NCBI GenBank assembly: GCA_963924565.1 | Contig: OZ004607.1 | Coordinates: forward strand, 8,618,001-8,682,000 | DNA length: 64,000 nt | Reading direction: 5' to 3' | From: Ascidiella aspersa | Lineage: Eukaryota | Shown here: in pieces, positions 44,744 through 58,600 of the stretch | Layout of the letters: each line of letters starts with the position of its first letter | Numbering within the stretch: position 1 is the first letter of the stretch | The notes under the pieces: model-generated | The model's database searches: none | The model's input: only the letters and a program-made list of their open reading frames with translations | Told to the model about the DNA's origin: nothing | Program-made: the position numbers and the translations under genes

Positions 44744-47700
44744 TTACTTGCATGTGTTTCGAATGGCGTCCAGAATGCTGCAAAGATGTTTCAAAACATG
44801 AAATTAGCTGGAAAGAAATTTGTTTGGGTTATTTGTTGTTCGGTTACGGTGAAGTATTCATAAATACGACAATTAGCAGCTAAGAATATCAGTTAAATCT
44901 GGAAAGAACAGGATGCAGCAGGAAATGGTGCCATGGTTGTTCCTTGAGAGCCTGTGCAGCTTAGATGGTAGAGCGACGGTTCCGGTATGGAGGTGGTGAG
45001 TTCGAACCTTACAGTAGGCTATTTGTTTTTCAAGCCTGGCCTAACTTGCACTTTAATTCTGACCAGGCTGACTGATTTCGGTAAACCTTTCTCGAGGCAT
45101 CTTGTGTGCTTATAAAAGGTACCGTTATCGTTGGCCAGTATGATTTTACCAATTGTGTATAAGTACGTTGTAATTGCTAAATCTGCAAAGCCTCTATTTT
45201 TAGGCAGTGCTTTTTAGGGTGTTTAGAGCGACCGAAAACGTTCGTTCAAATATCTTAAACGGTCTTTCATAAAATAGATCTAATTCCTATACCTAGGTTA
45301 CTACAACAGAGAATTAGCAGTTGATGCTTAGATAAAATAGTTGTTATTCTTAAAACTTCTTAACCAAGCCAACCTTAAAATGAAACTGCCGCTCAGGACA
45401 ATCTTTAAACAATAAAAAGTGGCACTGTTGACAAATATATAGTTAACTGTTGACGAGCTTTCGCACAACCGGTCTTTATAAGGTCAGTGTTACAACCGTG
45501 CTTTAACCGACAATGTCTCACACTGACGTAGTGAAGGACGCTTGTGCGAAAGCTTGTCTACAGTTAAATACAAATTTGCCAAATACCACTTCTTTTTTCC
45601 ACTTCTTTTTTTTCCACTTTCTTTTTACAAATACTGATATAAACCAAAATGTTATTACCACTGAGACCTAAATAATGTCTAGACCAACAAATGTACTAGC
45701 CAGAAACAAGGTTTACAGTGAAGCATGACTTTTCATATCTCAACTTTGTAAACGTTATTCAAAGTGCTAAGTTAATAATTAAATCATCGATGCCGAAAAC
45801 CACGGCAGTACTTTTTGGCCCAAACATCAGTTATCGTAACAGAAACTATAGGTGGCTCTTAAGAGCCGCTCTTTGCAATAGACCTGAATGAATTACAAAC
45901 AAGAGAGACTCACCTGTTTTGAGCAGCACCTGATTCGCACAAGTTGGCGAGAACAAAAAGACGGCGGTATGCGTATTCGTGCTGCAAAATAACAACATAA
46001 ATTAATCGTTAGACGGCTTTTCGCGCGGCATAGAATAGTCAACTTGTAGCAAAAAAGCAAAAAAACTATTTTTTTCTTTGTGATTTTCCATTCATTGTAC
46101 TACGATCGCTCGAAGTCAATCAGCCTAAAAACGCGACTTGATAAGGTTGGAGAAACGATGATTCACAATGACAATTACCAGAGGAGCTGTTTTTAAATAA
46201 TAGAAACCGAATTTGTGTTTTATTAAAAAAACATGCGTCGAACATATCTTTAAGACAAATTTTCGTTTTCTAACAAGAAATAATTAACGTGTGTATAAAA
46301 GTCGCTTAAAACGACTGCACAATACATCGTTCTATCATCATTGTTTTTGTCGGAAAAAAGATTTATAGTTATATTCCTATCACTGCAACCTTATAGATTC
46401 AAATCAACAAAATAAGCCGTAAAACATTGGAATACCGACATATTTACAGCAGCGATGTCGACCCGGGTAGGATGGCTTGGTAAAACAGCCGCCGTTCATT
46501 CCATACATGACAAAAACACGACAGTCGTAATGTTTGAAATACGGTATTTTAGAATTGTAAAGCCTTGTTTCGATTTGTGCGAAGACATGTTGCTTGCAAA
46601 CAGACGTGACCCGATAATAGGACGCATGCTTAGGGTAAAATGTCAACTAAGAGGGAATAATACCAAGCCCAGCTCGCTACTTTAACGCCCCGATGGCTAA
46701 TAAGCTTTAAGTCGCCACTTTGATACTCAAAGAGTTAACTTAAGTCGCTGTTTTAAAATGACTTGACTTGATGTAAGTAGTTTGAGCAAAATGACATGAC
46801 TTGACTTAAGTTTTGGACAAATGACTTGGTTTGAAATGATGTGTTTTCATTGAGCATTATTTTTGTAAAATTGGGCCATTTATCTCAATTTGTGCATGTA
46901 AACAATAAGCTTGCCATATGTTGCGTTGTGTAATGTTTTTAGTTAATTTATCGCTCATAATCGTAACAGTTTACCAATGTTAATAGTTTAACGTTTTATT
47001 CTAATGACATAACTTGACTAGGAATTGACTTGCTTTAACGATGACTTGATTTGGTATTTATTCCATTGACTTATATCAAGTTTTTTTACGACGTGACTTA
47101 AATCTCAGTTTGTTTTTCGAATAACTGGACTGGGACACAAGTTATGCAAAAATGACTTGTTTTCGAAATTGCCTTTACTTACGTCGTCAAGCTCGTAGCA
47201 CATTGAGTCGAAGAGCTGGATGGCGTCCTTGTAGCATTCCATCTCAGTCAGCCTTGGCTTGGCGCTGGTCGCCGATCGAAGTATCGCCCCGTCGTTTTGC
47301 GCCACCTGCTCGGCGATAGTGTTGGTTGTCCACTCTATTCGGCGACGCATCTGGGAAAAGGAAAAAGTCCCTTCAGTTAAGTGGCTTGCTTTTGCACTTC
47401 TGTTTTTTATATTTATGTCAAGCTTTTTGTGCGCTCTAACGCTCGTATTTTCCATTTGATAGTTTAGCACAACGTTTCTTAACCTATGGGTTGTGGGTCG
47501 CCGTTTGAGTTGGTTGGGTCGCCGACTGCAGCGTGTTTATATGGTTAGATTTATTCATATTGGGTCTAAGCTATAGATTTAACGAAAGTTTTGGAAAGTT
47601 GCAGAAGCAATATGAAGACATGGCTCATAATAATTATATTCGAACTTATTAATGTAAATGTCTTGCGTTTTGTTCGCTTGCAAACATTTAAGTAAAAAGG

Positions 47701-50700
47701 ATCCGGTCGCCAAGGCTTCGCTCTTGTATACTTTGTTTAGAATTTGGGACTGGTTTAGAACGACAGCTTTTTGATTATCGAAAATTACAAAACAAGTTTA
47801 CCTCTAGCTCCTTTTTCAGCTCGAGCTCAAGAGCGCTCGTCTTCTGGAAGCTGGTGGAAGCCGCGATCCTCTTCTTGAGGATGTGGATCTTCACGTCTGG
47901 AGACGGAACGTCGTCGTACTGAACAAAGCGTATATTAACGTTCGGCGCTAAGAGATGGATAGGTTCATTTATTCGGAACATGAAAAACCGACAAAATCAA
48001 AATGGTTTTCAATATTTAACATTCCAGGGAACAGCGAAAGACCGTCATGTTTTGAAAACGCTATTTTTTTATTTGCGCTGTTGTTGTTTGGATTGGCGGG
48101 TTTGCTTTTCCAAAAGCTTTTTTAAGGCATGTCCCGAAAAAAGCTAATTTGGTAATTCCTTTTTGCTATTTAAAAATGTTTTTTAATTTCGTTATTAATA
48201 GTATGATTTTTTTCAAAGGTGATTTTCCTATACTTCATAATCGTAAAAAGGGGGTCTTTTTTCTCACAATGGTACTTTCTCCGTTTTAAAATCGGTAGGT
48301 GTGCAAACTTGTACTAAAGGGCAGGGATTCCTTTGTCTTTGACGTTTCTCGACAAAACCCGTGATATGTCACGTGATTTTCAACATGTCATTTCGCGTAA
48401 TTGCACTAATGGCGCCCCCGGAGAGTCAGCAATGTTACATCATCTCGAAAATCTGATTAAACTTTACAACTTATTTTCATAGCAGTCAAGTCACTAGAAT
48501 ACTGGCAAAACCTAGTTTTGTAGGCAATTGGCTCTGAATATTGTATAACGTGTTTAAAAGTCGTTTAAATTTTAGAAGTAAATTCATTATGAACATTGTC
48601 AGTTTTTTTAAGTCTCCAAAAGAAATAAAGGAAGTTGTTTTACACAAGCTCTTTAACAGTTTTTTTTACCTAATTAATACCTCGCTGTATAACATCAATG
48701 CTTTTAAAAATGGATCAACTTATTCAAAATGGGCCGCTTGGGTACCTAGCTTCTTGTCAACTTATACAAATTCCGTACAACACCGCTTTACAATGAAAGC
48801 CGGAAAAACAGCAAATGTTGCGTGTTACAATAGACGTGACAAGAGCAAAGCACTGGAAAATTAAAATTTTACCCTTTTACATGCAAAAGTACAACATTCC
48901 ACGGTTTACTTACGATTGGTCGCAGAGGTGCGTAAGACCGAGAACTGGTCTGCTCGCCTTGGAACAACCCAACCTTGTCCTTGCTGATGCTCTGCAAATT
49001 AGACCAAGTTCGGTTTAAGTTTCCAGGCATAGCATATGCGAAACACAGTACTTTGGACAGATCCTGACAATTTAGGTTTAGGAGGAAGTAATGGTCGTCC
49101 CAGTGCGATAACAAACGACATTACTATGGATGGTAGAAAATCTAACTTAAAGAAACTGAAACTGCTTTTTATGGGCCTAGTTTCAGACGTGTACCTATAC
49201 TGCATCTTGGTACAGAGGTGCAGCAAAGTTGGTAAAAACTAAAACATAGTATCCCGGTGAAACTTTGTCAAATATACCAAGAATTGCACGTCATTCGAGT
49301 CCTAAGACTTATGCCGGAAGTTTTATTAAAAATAGCTTTTTGGGCGGCACGAAATCGTGGTCGTGCAAGTACAAGGAAATAAATCTTTGTTTCCAAAAGT
49401 CCCGAGATTTCCAATTGACTTATACTCAGCGACGCGTTTATAATTTACCCTCTGCATAAGCTAGTTTTTTTTGTAACACTATGTTATTGACTTCGTTTAA
49501 AAAAAGTGCCTATTGTAAAATCGTGCGCTGTTTTACTGAAAGTTAAGATAAAACTTCATATAACAAAAATTTCCTCGGCAAATTAAGCACAATAGCACCC
49601 AAAAGTTCTGCATTTAGTAGCTTTTATGCAATGTCAGTCAAACATTTATTTAACACAACTAAAACAACTTAATGTAAAGAAAATGCAAAAATGTTATTAG
49701 CATGAGGGACGTTTTTTTACTTTTCTAACGGATAACCAAATTTTTAGATGTCAATTTGGACGAAAATAATTTTTACGAAAGAACGTCAACTTACCATGTC
49801 GCCATACTCCATCACGTGACTCTGATTGGTGTGTTGCCTGACGATTTGGAACTGAGTCATCAGGCTTTCCTTCTCTAAGTTTTCCTGCAAACAAAAATGC
49901 GATAGTTGTAAAACATTAAAAAATCTTCAGATACTAATTGAGGCCAAGCAACAAGCAATTTCCAAATAGGAATTTTTGACTTTTATAAACCTACAAATTT
50001 TAGCTCTTTGCGAGCTCGTTTTAAAAAAGCAAAAAAATGGCAAATTAAACAACAATAGCGATTTTGGCTAAGTTTTCAGTTTTAATTTTTTTTTTCGCCA
50101 AGGTTTATTGTAAAAATTAAACAGTGCAAGCTGTGTACAAATTTTAGGATTTAACACTGTGTCGGACAAAATGGCTTTCAGCAATTTATTTTTAGATGGA
50201 AAATTCTGTGCTTTGAATACGAATTTACAATTTAACCGCTAAACACAAAGCACAGCAAAAATCTTGCCCGACGTCTTTACAACAGTGCCTTACATTAGCG
50301 CGGGCGCCATTCGTAGGCTAGGTGGGGGGTTCACAATGGAAAATTGGGGAGCCACACTTCCTATGAGAGGTAAACGTTTTGGGGGTCGGGAGTATTTTTA
50401 AACAAAGTCTTCCATCTAAATATATTGTACACTTTCTGACTTCCGATAAGCAAATACGAAAACTCAATTCGCAAGTAAGTTGCTTCCTCAAACAAACATG
50501 TGTACCTTCCTCAAACAAACATGTGTAGAAGCAGACGACAAACAAAAATGTTCTATTCAACATTTAAACTTGAAGGGTAGCGAGACCATTTAATGCACAG
50601 AGATCGACCGATCCCGCTTTTTGGACCGATACCGATGGCCGATTTTTAAGGTTTTTGTTAACTGATGCTCGATATCCGATTTTTTGCCCCAAACTAGGAA

Positions 50701-53700
50701 ATTTCTATGTTTTTAGGAAAATCTGTAATATATTTGTGTACTAAAATATCGGCGAAATATCGGTCAAAGTTTCCCGATATATCGGTAGAAGCAAAGTATC
50801 GGTCGAAGCATGGTCCATCTTTATATACAAGGGGTCGCAGACTTTTTGGAAAGGACAGTTTTGAGGCTCTTGGCTACGCGACCCCCGTTCCACATATTAC
50901 ACGAACCTAGCAAAAAAAACTGGCTCTGGCGCGCCATTAACCTGATCGGAGTCCTCCATCCAGGACACGGAGTATCGGTCGCCGAGGTAGGTCTCTCTCT
51001 TGCTGTCGTAGTAGCAAGCGTAGGACGACTCGTCCGGGTTGGCGGCCGTAGTGGCGTACACGTTGATGTTCTTGGACAGGATTCCGTCGAACATCGAACC
51101 GCTCTCGCAAGCTTCCACGTAAAAAACGAGCTAAAAGTAAAACGACGTCCGGTCACGATTTTCCAAAAAGTCACGACCGTGCACATGACGCACAAACCCT
51201 TGTTTAAAATTCGTTTAAATTTTAAAAGTAAATTATATGAACATTGTCAGTTTTTTTTTAGTCTCCAAAAGAAATAAAGGAAGTTGTTTTACACAAGCTC
51301 TTTAACAGTTTTTTTACCTAATTAATACCTCGCTGTATAACATCAATGCTTTTAAAAATGGATGAACTTATTCAAAATAGGCCGCTTGGGTACCCGAGCA
51401 CATGACGCACAAACCCTTTTTTTGTGAATTGACTGCAGGATACTACTATAGGCGATGAGGATTTTTGGTTAGTTCGTTCGTTGTTACAGATCTGGGGTGA
51501 TTTTAGGTTTTGGTTTACCGGAGTTTTGTGGATTTGCGACAATATCATTTCGCGGTAGTGTCATTTCACGGTAGTGTCATTGCGGGGACAAGTGCTATCG
51601 GACGTGTTTACTGTTTGCAAGAGTATTTTTGTGGTAGCATCTTTTTGTTATGGTGTTACTTCTCGAAAGCGTCTTTTCGTGATAGAGTGTCATTTCGCTT
51701 TGGTTTGTTTGACCAAACAAAAAAGAAAAATAAACTTTGCAAACGGATGACAAATTGCGGTTAAAATGAAAAATTAAAGACTGTAACTGATAAGGTTATA
51801 TTGACAAGGTAAATATAAAAAAGGAGTTATTTAAATAAGCTGACTTGAACTAATTTAATTCACAAAGGCTTGACTGGGACATAAGTAATTTAAAAAAAGA
51901 CTTGTTTACCACACTGCCAGGTGGTACAAAAACGCGCTGACGGGCGTAGGTCCATCGACCAAATGAACAACGCAATTTCAAAGTTCATTTAGGGAGGTAA
52001 TTATGATGCTTCACTTCTACATTTCACTTTAGAGTAAAACTGCGAAATGCACTCCGTTAAAAATGTTCTCTTTTATACTTGGATTTTAAGTTATTTATGT
52101 GCCTGGGTGGTAAAGGTATCCTTCAAGGTTGCGGTGCCTAATTTGTTTAATTATTACATCATTGTGTCAAACTCACATCATTGTACATCTTGTTGGAGTA
52201 CATATCTTGGATAGCGTTGTTCAAGTCATCTTTCATCAGCTGTTGAAAACAGAACAAAAAAATGTTACAATATGTAATAGCTTTTACATGGCCGCCAATT
52301 ATATGTACTCAGGTTTTGCCTAGTTTCATGCTTAAAAGTAATTTCAGAAGCGATTTTTAAGTCAGTATAGAAATAAGAATATCTCAAGACCAAGAAGCGT
52401 GTTACCTCTTGTACAGGAAAGGCAATAAGGCCTGGTGCGCCATGGTCAGCAAAAAATACAAATACATGGTCGTCTGGGCCACTTTTTAGCACTTTTCCAC
52501 TTCCAACTCCGGCCATTGCTTGCGCATTGCCAGTTAGAATGTTGAGAAAATTTTTGGGTGTGACATCCTGCGGAAAATTTTAAATAGTTTACTGTTAAAC
52601 AATTTGCCAAAGCAAATATTTGTAAATTATGGAATAATTAAAACAACACATTTTGGCTGTGCACATTCATAAAGGGTGATGTACATTAAAATTTGCAAAC
52701 ACCAATTGAGCTAGATAAAGCCCAGTTATATAAATATATAATAACTAAACCAAATGTTGATCAAAAACACTAAAAAAACAAAATTAAATTTAAAAAGTCA
52801 TTACATCGCCAATGTAGTCTTTTGGCACTCCCTTGTACACATCTCCGCCATCGGGATGGTTAATGACGACGCCTGGTGTAGGATTTCTATGCACAACACA
52901 AATAGGCAAAACATTTATTGCAACAGAAATCACATGAGACCTTTGGCAAAAACAACAGACTGCAGTATCGGTACAAGCAGTGCCTATGCACCATTGTTAA
53001 AATCTCGAATTGAAGGCAATAAAATACTTTTGTTCAAATAAAAAGCACAATTTTATGTGTTTATGGCACTTGTTGCACTGTGACTTTATGACAAAAAGGT
53101 CATTTATTGACAAAATAAAAGATCACAGAATGGAAAACCTATTACAAAAACGCAGGTGAACAATTTAGGCAGTATTTTGCTATGAAACCACGAATTACCA
53201 AACCAGTGTCAATTTAACTTACTCTGAACTGTGTGCAATGTCATCGTACATCATCACAATAATTTGTTCATCGGGAATTCCATGGTTGTGAACGATTTGA
53301 TATGCATGGCAAATATCGGCCTAAAAATTGGAAAACATTGCTTTTTAGATTTCTATTGACTATTATCTTTTTAAAAAAATCATGAAAGCTTTTAAAGTGA
53401 ATTGCTCAAGTTAATGAGCAACATACCCTAATTTGCATTCCAACCCTAAATCAAGGCGATTTATTACTAAAAGTAACAGACAACATTATAAAAACACGCT
53501 TTTTTAGTATTAGCCAAGTTGTAAATAAAAATTTTTCGCTAGATTGATCCTGCCCCTGTAAGAGCAAAGAAGGAAACATTGGCAAACTAAATATGGTATA
53601 AAATATTTAAAAACTTTTCCTGAAAACACCCAAGCCCGAAACTTTGCCATGCCAAATATAAACTGCATCTTAATTCAGCAAAAAATATTACTAAAGACTG

Positions 53701-54115
53701 TAATATCGCAGGTCAAAAATGTATTTCTTTATCAATTTTTTCAATAACATATGAACTCACTTAAAGTGTGCCTAACATTGTACTTTAAAATGCTATAAAA
53801 TCATCTTCAGGGTAAAATAAATTACTTCTTCCAAATAAAGATCAAATGCACTTACATAAAGTGTGATTAATATTGCAGTTTACAATACTTTTAGTTAGTT
53901 ACAGTGAAAGTTAGGTACCATTGCAATAGAATTAAAATTACTTGATGTCTGTAGTTGTAGTAACCATTGGATCCAGCAACTAAAACTGCCCATATCTTTC
54001 CATTGAATGCATTGTCAATCTTGTTGGCTTTAAACAACTTTTCAAATTCTTGGACGACGTTTGCACTGGCAAGGCTCAGACAGGCCAATACCACAATACA
54101 AAAACAGGCCTTCAT
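44744..54115 (-). CDS. LGMN: Legumain (asparaginyl endopeptidase, peptidase C13), 12 coding exons
   Basis: Signal peptide [18 protein letters not shown], then [32 protein letters not shown], catalytic DHGAPG and [11 protein letters not shown], and pro-domain exons ending LANLCE...[11 protein letters not shown]-stop. GT-AG introns are in phase. Confidence 0.96.
44885..45100 (+). repeat. Interspersed repeat with an internal tRNA-like (A/B box) segment at 44949-45020
   Basis: A-box-like GCAGCTTAGATGGTAGAGCG, B-box GAGTTCGAACC, closing stem AGCCT/AGGCT. A second copy lies at 25650-25875 (-). Confidence 0.7.
45417..45591. repeat. About 175-bp imperfect palindrome (foldback MITE-like)
   Basis: TTAACTGTTGACGAGCTTTCGCACAA pairs with TTGTGCGAAAGCTTGTCTACAGTTAA, with outer AAGTGG/CCACTT and inner GTCAGTGT/ACACTGAC. 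Confidence 0.8.
50598..50822. mobile_element. Degenerate MITE with CCGATA/TATCGG subterminal repeats
   Basis: CCGAT(A) cluster on the left, TATCGG cluster on the right, and an AGAGATCGACCGAT-type end. Confidence 0.6.
51202..51397 (+). repeat. 196-bp copy of 48552-48749 flanked by a 21-bp direct repeat
   Basis: Near-identical to 48552-48749. GCACATGACGCACAAACCCTT occurs at 51181-51201 and 51398-51418. Confidence 0.92.
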
Positions 54116-55648
54116 GTCTAACAGAGCCCAAAATATTAAAATAAAAACTGCAAAATTTAAACACCACCTATCAAAATTAAAAAAAAACACTGATTACAAA
54201 GTGTAAAAAAAGTATAATTTATTTTACATTGAAGTCCTAGGAATTTTGACACTTACTATTTTACAAATGCTATAAATTTAGGTTTTACCCAAAAAATCAG
54301 TTTATTTATTTCAAATTTTGTATTTGGTTAAAATAAATGTGAAAAAATACATTAAGTATTACCAAATTAAACAACAAAAACGAACTTACAGAGCATGCTA
54401 TAGTTTATTGGTTGAGGAAAAGGTAAACAATTAGTCATTCAACTTAGAATGAAACTGGAATGGATACTACTGACAGAACTGGAATGGATACTGACCGAAA
54501 TATTGTGAATTTGCCAACATGCAAAAAAAGGAAAACTCGTGACTTGATGTTATTTAGTGACGACACATGCATCTCGTGATGGGGCCGTGTTTCTACTTAA
54601 AAGCCGTCGTACTGTATTTTTTTTGCGACTACCAAATAATTGCAAAATTAAAAAAGACAAAGGGCGCGCACAAAAATAATTTATATCACTTACTGTAGAA
54701 GCAATACAACTCGCTGATATAGTGAGACAGCGTAACGTAAAACAACAAACAAAGTTACGAACGTGTAAACAAAAAGTAAACAACTAAGTTCTTTGAAGCA
54801 TGACCGTCGTGACGAAGTTTCTTTGTTTTCGTTTTTTGAGAACCGTGATGGCTGACTTGCGTTTTTTTTAACAAAAACAGACACAATTACAGACAAAAGT
54901 TTGCCTCGAATTACTGTTTCGAGAACATGCCAGGTTTACATTGTAAATCTTAGATATCTGAAAAACGTAGGAATGAATAAAACCACTAGGTTGAACACTC
55001 AATAATTTTTATTTTGAAACAAATTATACATATCGCCGATTTACCAAGTTTTGTAGACTAGTAAAAAAAAAACAGAATATTTTCTAAAAGTTCTAAACGC
55101 AATTAATTGTAAAATCTAAAGGGCGGTAAATCTTAAGTTAATATCAACTAACCTACTTTGGAAAAATGGAAATCTAGGGGGCATGTTTTAGGGCTTAGGC
55201 ATATAGCACAGCTACAAGAAAAGTAGCAATCCGTTTCGGAAATCTGCAAATAACAGGCTTTTGCAAAGTTCAAAGAAGTTTAACACGGGCGAGTTGTGTT
55301 CCCTTTATACACCGATTGAGGAAACTGCTGAAGTTCAATTGTATTGCCGTAATAACGTGCTGTGATTGACGCCAAACATCGGCACTTCTTTGCAGTGTAA
55401 TTTAAGCAGTACATCCAGGTGCAGGCTCTTGTCCTGGCACACTTGGAATGCGATTTAGGCTGTCAAGACAGTGATTTATCGTTGGATTTCGTGCGAATGC
55501 GTTACATGTAGCTATAAAAGTACGTTGCAAATCAGATTTGAAGAGTTATAAAATAGACCGGATTTGGCGAGAAATATTCCAACTTACGATTGCATTTATA
55601 TATGTTGTTTTATTCTTCGTTAAAGTTCCCGTAGGCTCGCAAAAGAAA

Positions 55649-58600
55649 ATGCACAAGAGCTTGTTGGCTGCAGTTGTTGCTGCGTTGCTTACTATTAGCC
55701 TTGTTTCTGTAATAGAGTGCAGAAAATCTAGAACTGTTGCGGCACGCAAGAGGGTACTTAGGGAGGAAAATGCTGCCCTCACTATGATTCACAGGTCATC
55801 TGCTGCAAACGTGAGTCGGTTGAACATACTTTTGCAACTATTTTTCCAGTGTATTTAATCGATTGTTTTATATTTCTGGTCAAAGAAGGTAACGAACTCT
55901 TTCAATGAATTACAAAAGCGGGCATTCTTTTTCGTCTGATTGTGTGTTGCAATAAAGTTACTGATATAACCTCACGCTCACCATTTAGCTTATTAATTTT
56001 TTTACAAAATAAAGCCTAGAAATATAGCCCAGTGAGGTTCGTCAACTAATAGGAAGAAATGGGCTATGATTTACTGTTATTAAGAAACGTTGTGCGAGAT
56101 GCAAAGTTAAGCTCTCTAAGAATGCTTGTTTCATAATTATCTTTCTATTAGCTTAATTGTGATATGTAATTTCATATCGGAAAAAAATCTTAATTTTGAA
56201 GACCGAAAAATTCAATATTGTAATGACTTAACTGCCCTTAACTCATTGTTTTTTTTAGGTATTTTAGGTAAATTGACTTGGCTTAACTTAAGTTGGTCGA
56301 ATTCGACCGTGTTTACCATTTTCCAAAGTTTAATATGGATTTTTGATACCAACACTTTGACTTGAAATTGACTTGCGTAACTAATGACTTGTACTGTGTT
56401 TTGACTTGCTGTTTATTGAAAATGTCTTGACTTAGACTTAAATGATTTTACTTTGGCGAATTGCCTCTGTAGGTTAGCATATGTATTTTCTGATATAATT
56501 ACATGATTATTAATCATTCAACTAAAAATGCGGAGCTGTGAAAATATTTGTGGTGAAAAAGTTTTTTTCTCTGTCTTTTTTATAGCTTTTGCCGATGAAA
56601 TTAAGTCGTCAGCTCATAAAATGGCCCGTTCAATATAAACAATTCAGGCAGATCAAACTAGCCGAGTCTTTTCACAGGACAGCAAATCATCAAACCGTGC
56701 AAGGCCAAATGTCGACAGCGAGCAATGCAGATGCGGCGCCCCGCAAAACGTTTTGCAAGGTCCGCCCGGTAGAGATGGAATCCCCGGCATTCCAGGCCAA
56801 CCGGGCTACCCGGGGCTACCAGGACCATCGACAATATGTCCGAAAGAAAAGGTAAGAAATATAACGTTCAGATAGACCTAAAACTTAACAACATCCTCTG
56901 AGTAGCTTCATAGGGTGTCTTTAAAAAAGGCTTTACAAAAGGTATGTGTCTTTAAAAGAATCGTTGTTTGCTGCATCTGTTTGTGCCTCAAGGGCTAGAT
57001 TCACTAAAACTTACTCTTATATACACAAAACCAGTGTACCCTCTAAGGTGCGCAACTGCGCAATTGCGCAGCCACACCAGACAAATTGCGCAGTAAAATT
57101 TGCCTTTGCGCACTTAAATCCTTCTCATACTAAAACCAAAAATCTAAAAATCTTCACTTTTTTAAGTTTGAGCATTTCGCATTTGGCTATCTTTTTATTG
57201 ATGTTTGTAGCTAAAAGCAAGTAAATAACTCAAATTCGCATTGACGATTGTGACGTAATAAATTACTTTGTCTAATCGGTTTTCAACTTCCATGCTGTGC
57301 TTGTATGTTTTTTATCTCACGTAGAATTAAATGTCTTCTCAGAAAAATCAAGAAATTTATTTTCAGGACGTAAATTTTTAAAACAATTACAGTTTTTACG
57401 CGATTTAGGTGCAGATACAGCTGTGGGGTCAATAATGGCGCCCTCACAAATTGACAAAATCATCTTGATAAATGCAAATGAGCGGATAGTTTGTGATTCT
57501 TGATTGTGCGCGAAAAGCATCACGCATTATGTTTGTAAAATTAAACCTTTTGTCAATTTAATCCAAGTATTCGGATTTTTTTTCGCGCGTCCGCATTGTT
57601 TGCCATATCCTTGTTTTATGTCGTCACGCTTTGTGGCGTCATCTTTAAAAGTTGAAAAAAAAAATATTCTTGCGCACTACAAAAAATATTTGCGCAGTAG
57701 AAAATTTTCTTAGAGGGAACACTGCACAAAACCCTTTTTAGACCGCTAAGTTTGGTAACGCCTTTTCTAAAGGCACCCGGTGTACTATTCAGTGTTCAGT
57801 CACCAATATATGTTAGCGTTGGTCAATACATGTCCTAACGGCTAGATAACAAATGTGTAAAATACTCTTCATTGTTTTTTCTTGTCAGTGTGACAGTTTC
57901 AAGGCGGATTAAATTTCGGCTGATTTTAATTTTACCGCTGTACTTGTGTTTTAAAGTAATAAAAGTGAGTTCAAAAACGCTATGATCTTATACAACGAGT
58001 TTCGTTAAGTTAGGAACTGCAGGTAATGGAGAATTTGTTTGTAGGAAAGCATTACCCCTGGATTAACGCACGTTCGCCAATGCGCGTGGAACAAACACAA
58101 CATGCAGATTTCCACCGGCCAAGTACAAACCTGCTCTTTTAATAAGGTGAGTAGGCGAAAAGCGTGTGTTTCGTTTTGCATTGTTGCACCACAGCCCCAT
58201 ACCAAGACATATTTATAGCAAATCAACTTCAAGTCAAGTCCATATTTTCATAAAAATAAAACGTTAAACTATTAAGATTGGTCAATTCGTCCGATTATGA
58301 GCAATAACTGAACTAAAAAACAAAAAAATTGCTTAATGAAAACACTTTATTTCAAACCAAGTCATTTGTCCGAAAGACTTTAATCAAGTCAAGTCATTCC
58401 CCCGAAGACGTCAAGTTGTTTCAAAACAGTGACTTAGCCGCATTTAAGTCAAGTCATTGATTACGTCATTACAAAAATGCTGGTCACAGACGAAGTTACC
58501 AAAAAAGTAGTGTGGGGGTGTGTTAAGTAAAATTAAAAAAATTAGCGAACGTTCCAAGCCTCTACTACTAGTAGTTTGCACCCAATGGAAAAGCTATCTT

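Noticed and set aside
44949-45020. Functional tRNA gene
   Set aside because: The anticodon arm is poorly formed, and the flanks are shared with a diverged dispersed copy, which indicates a repeat.
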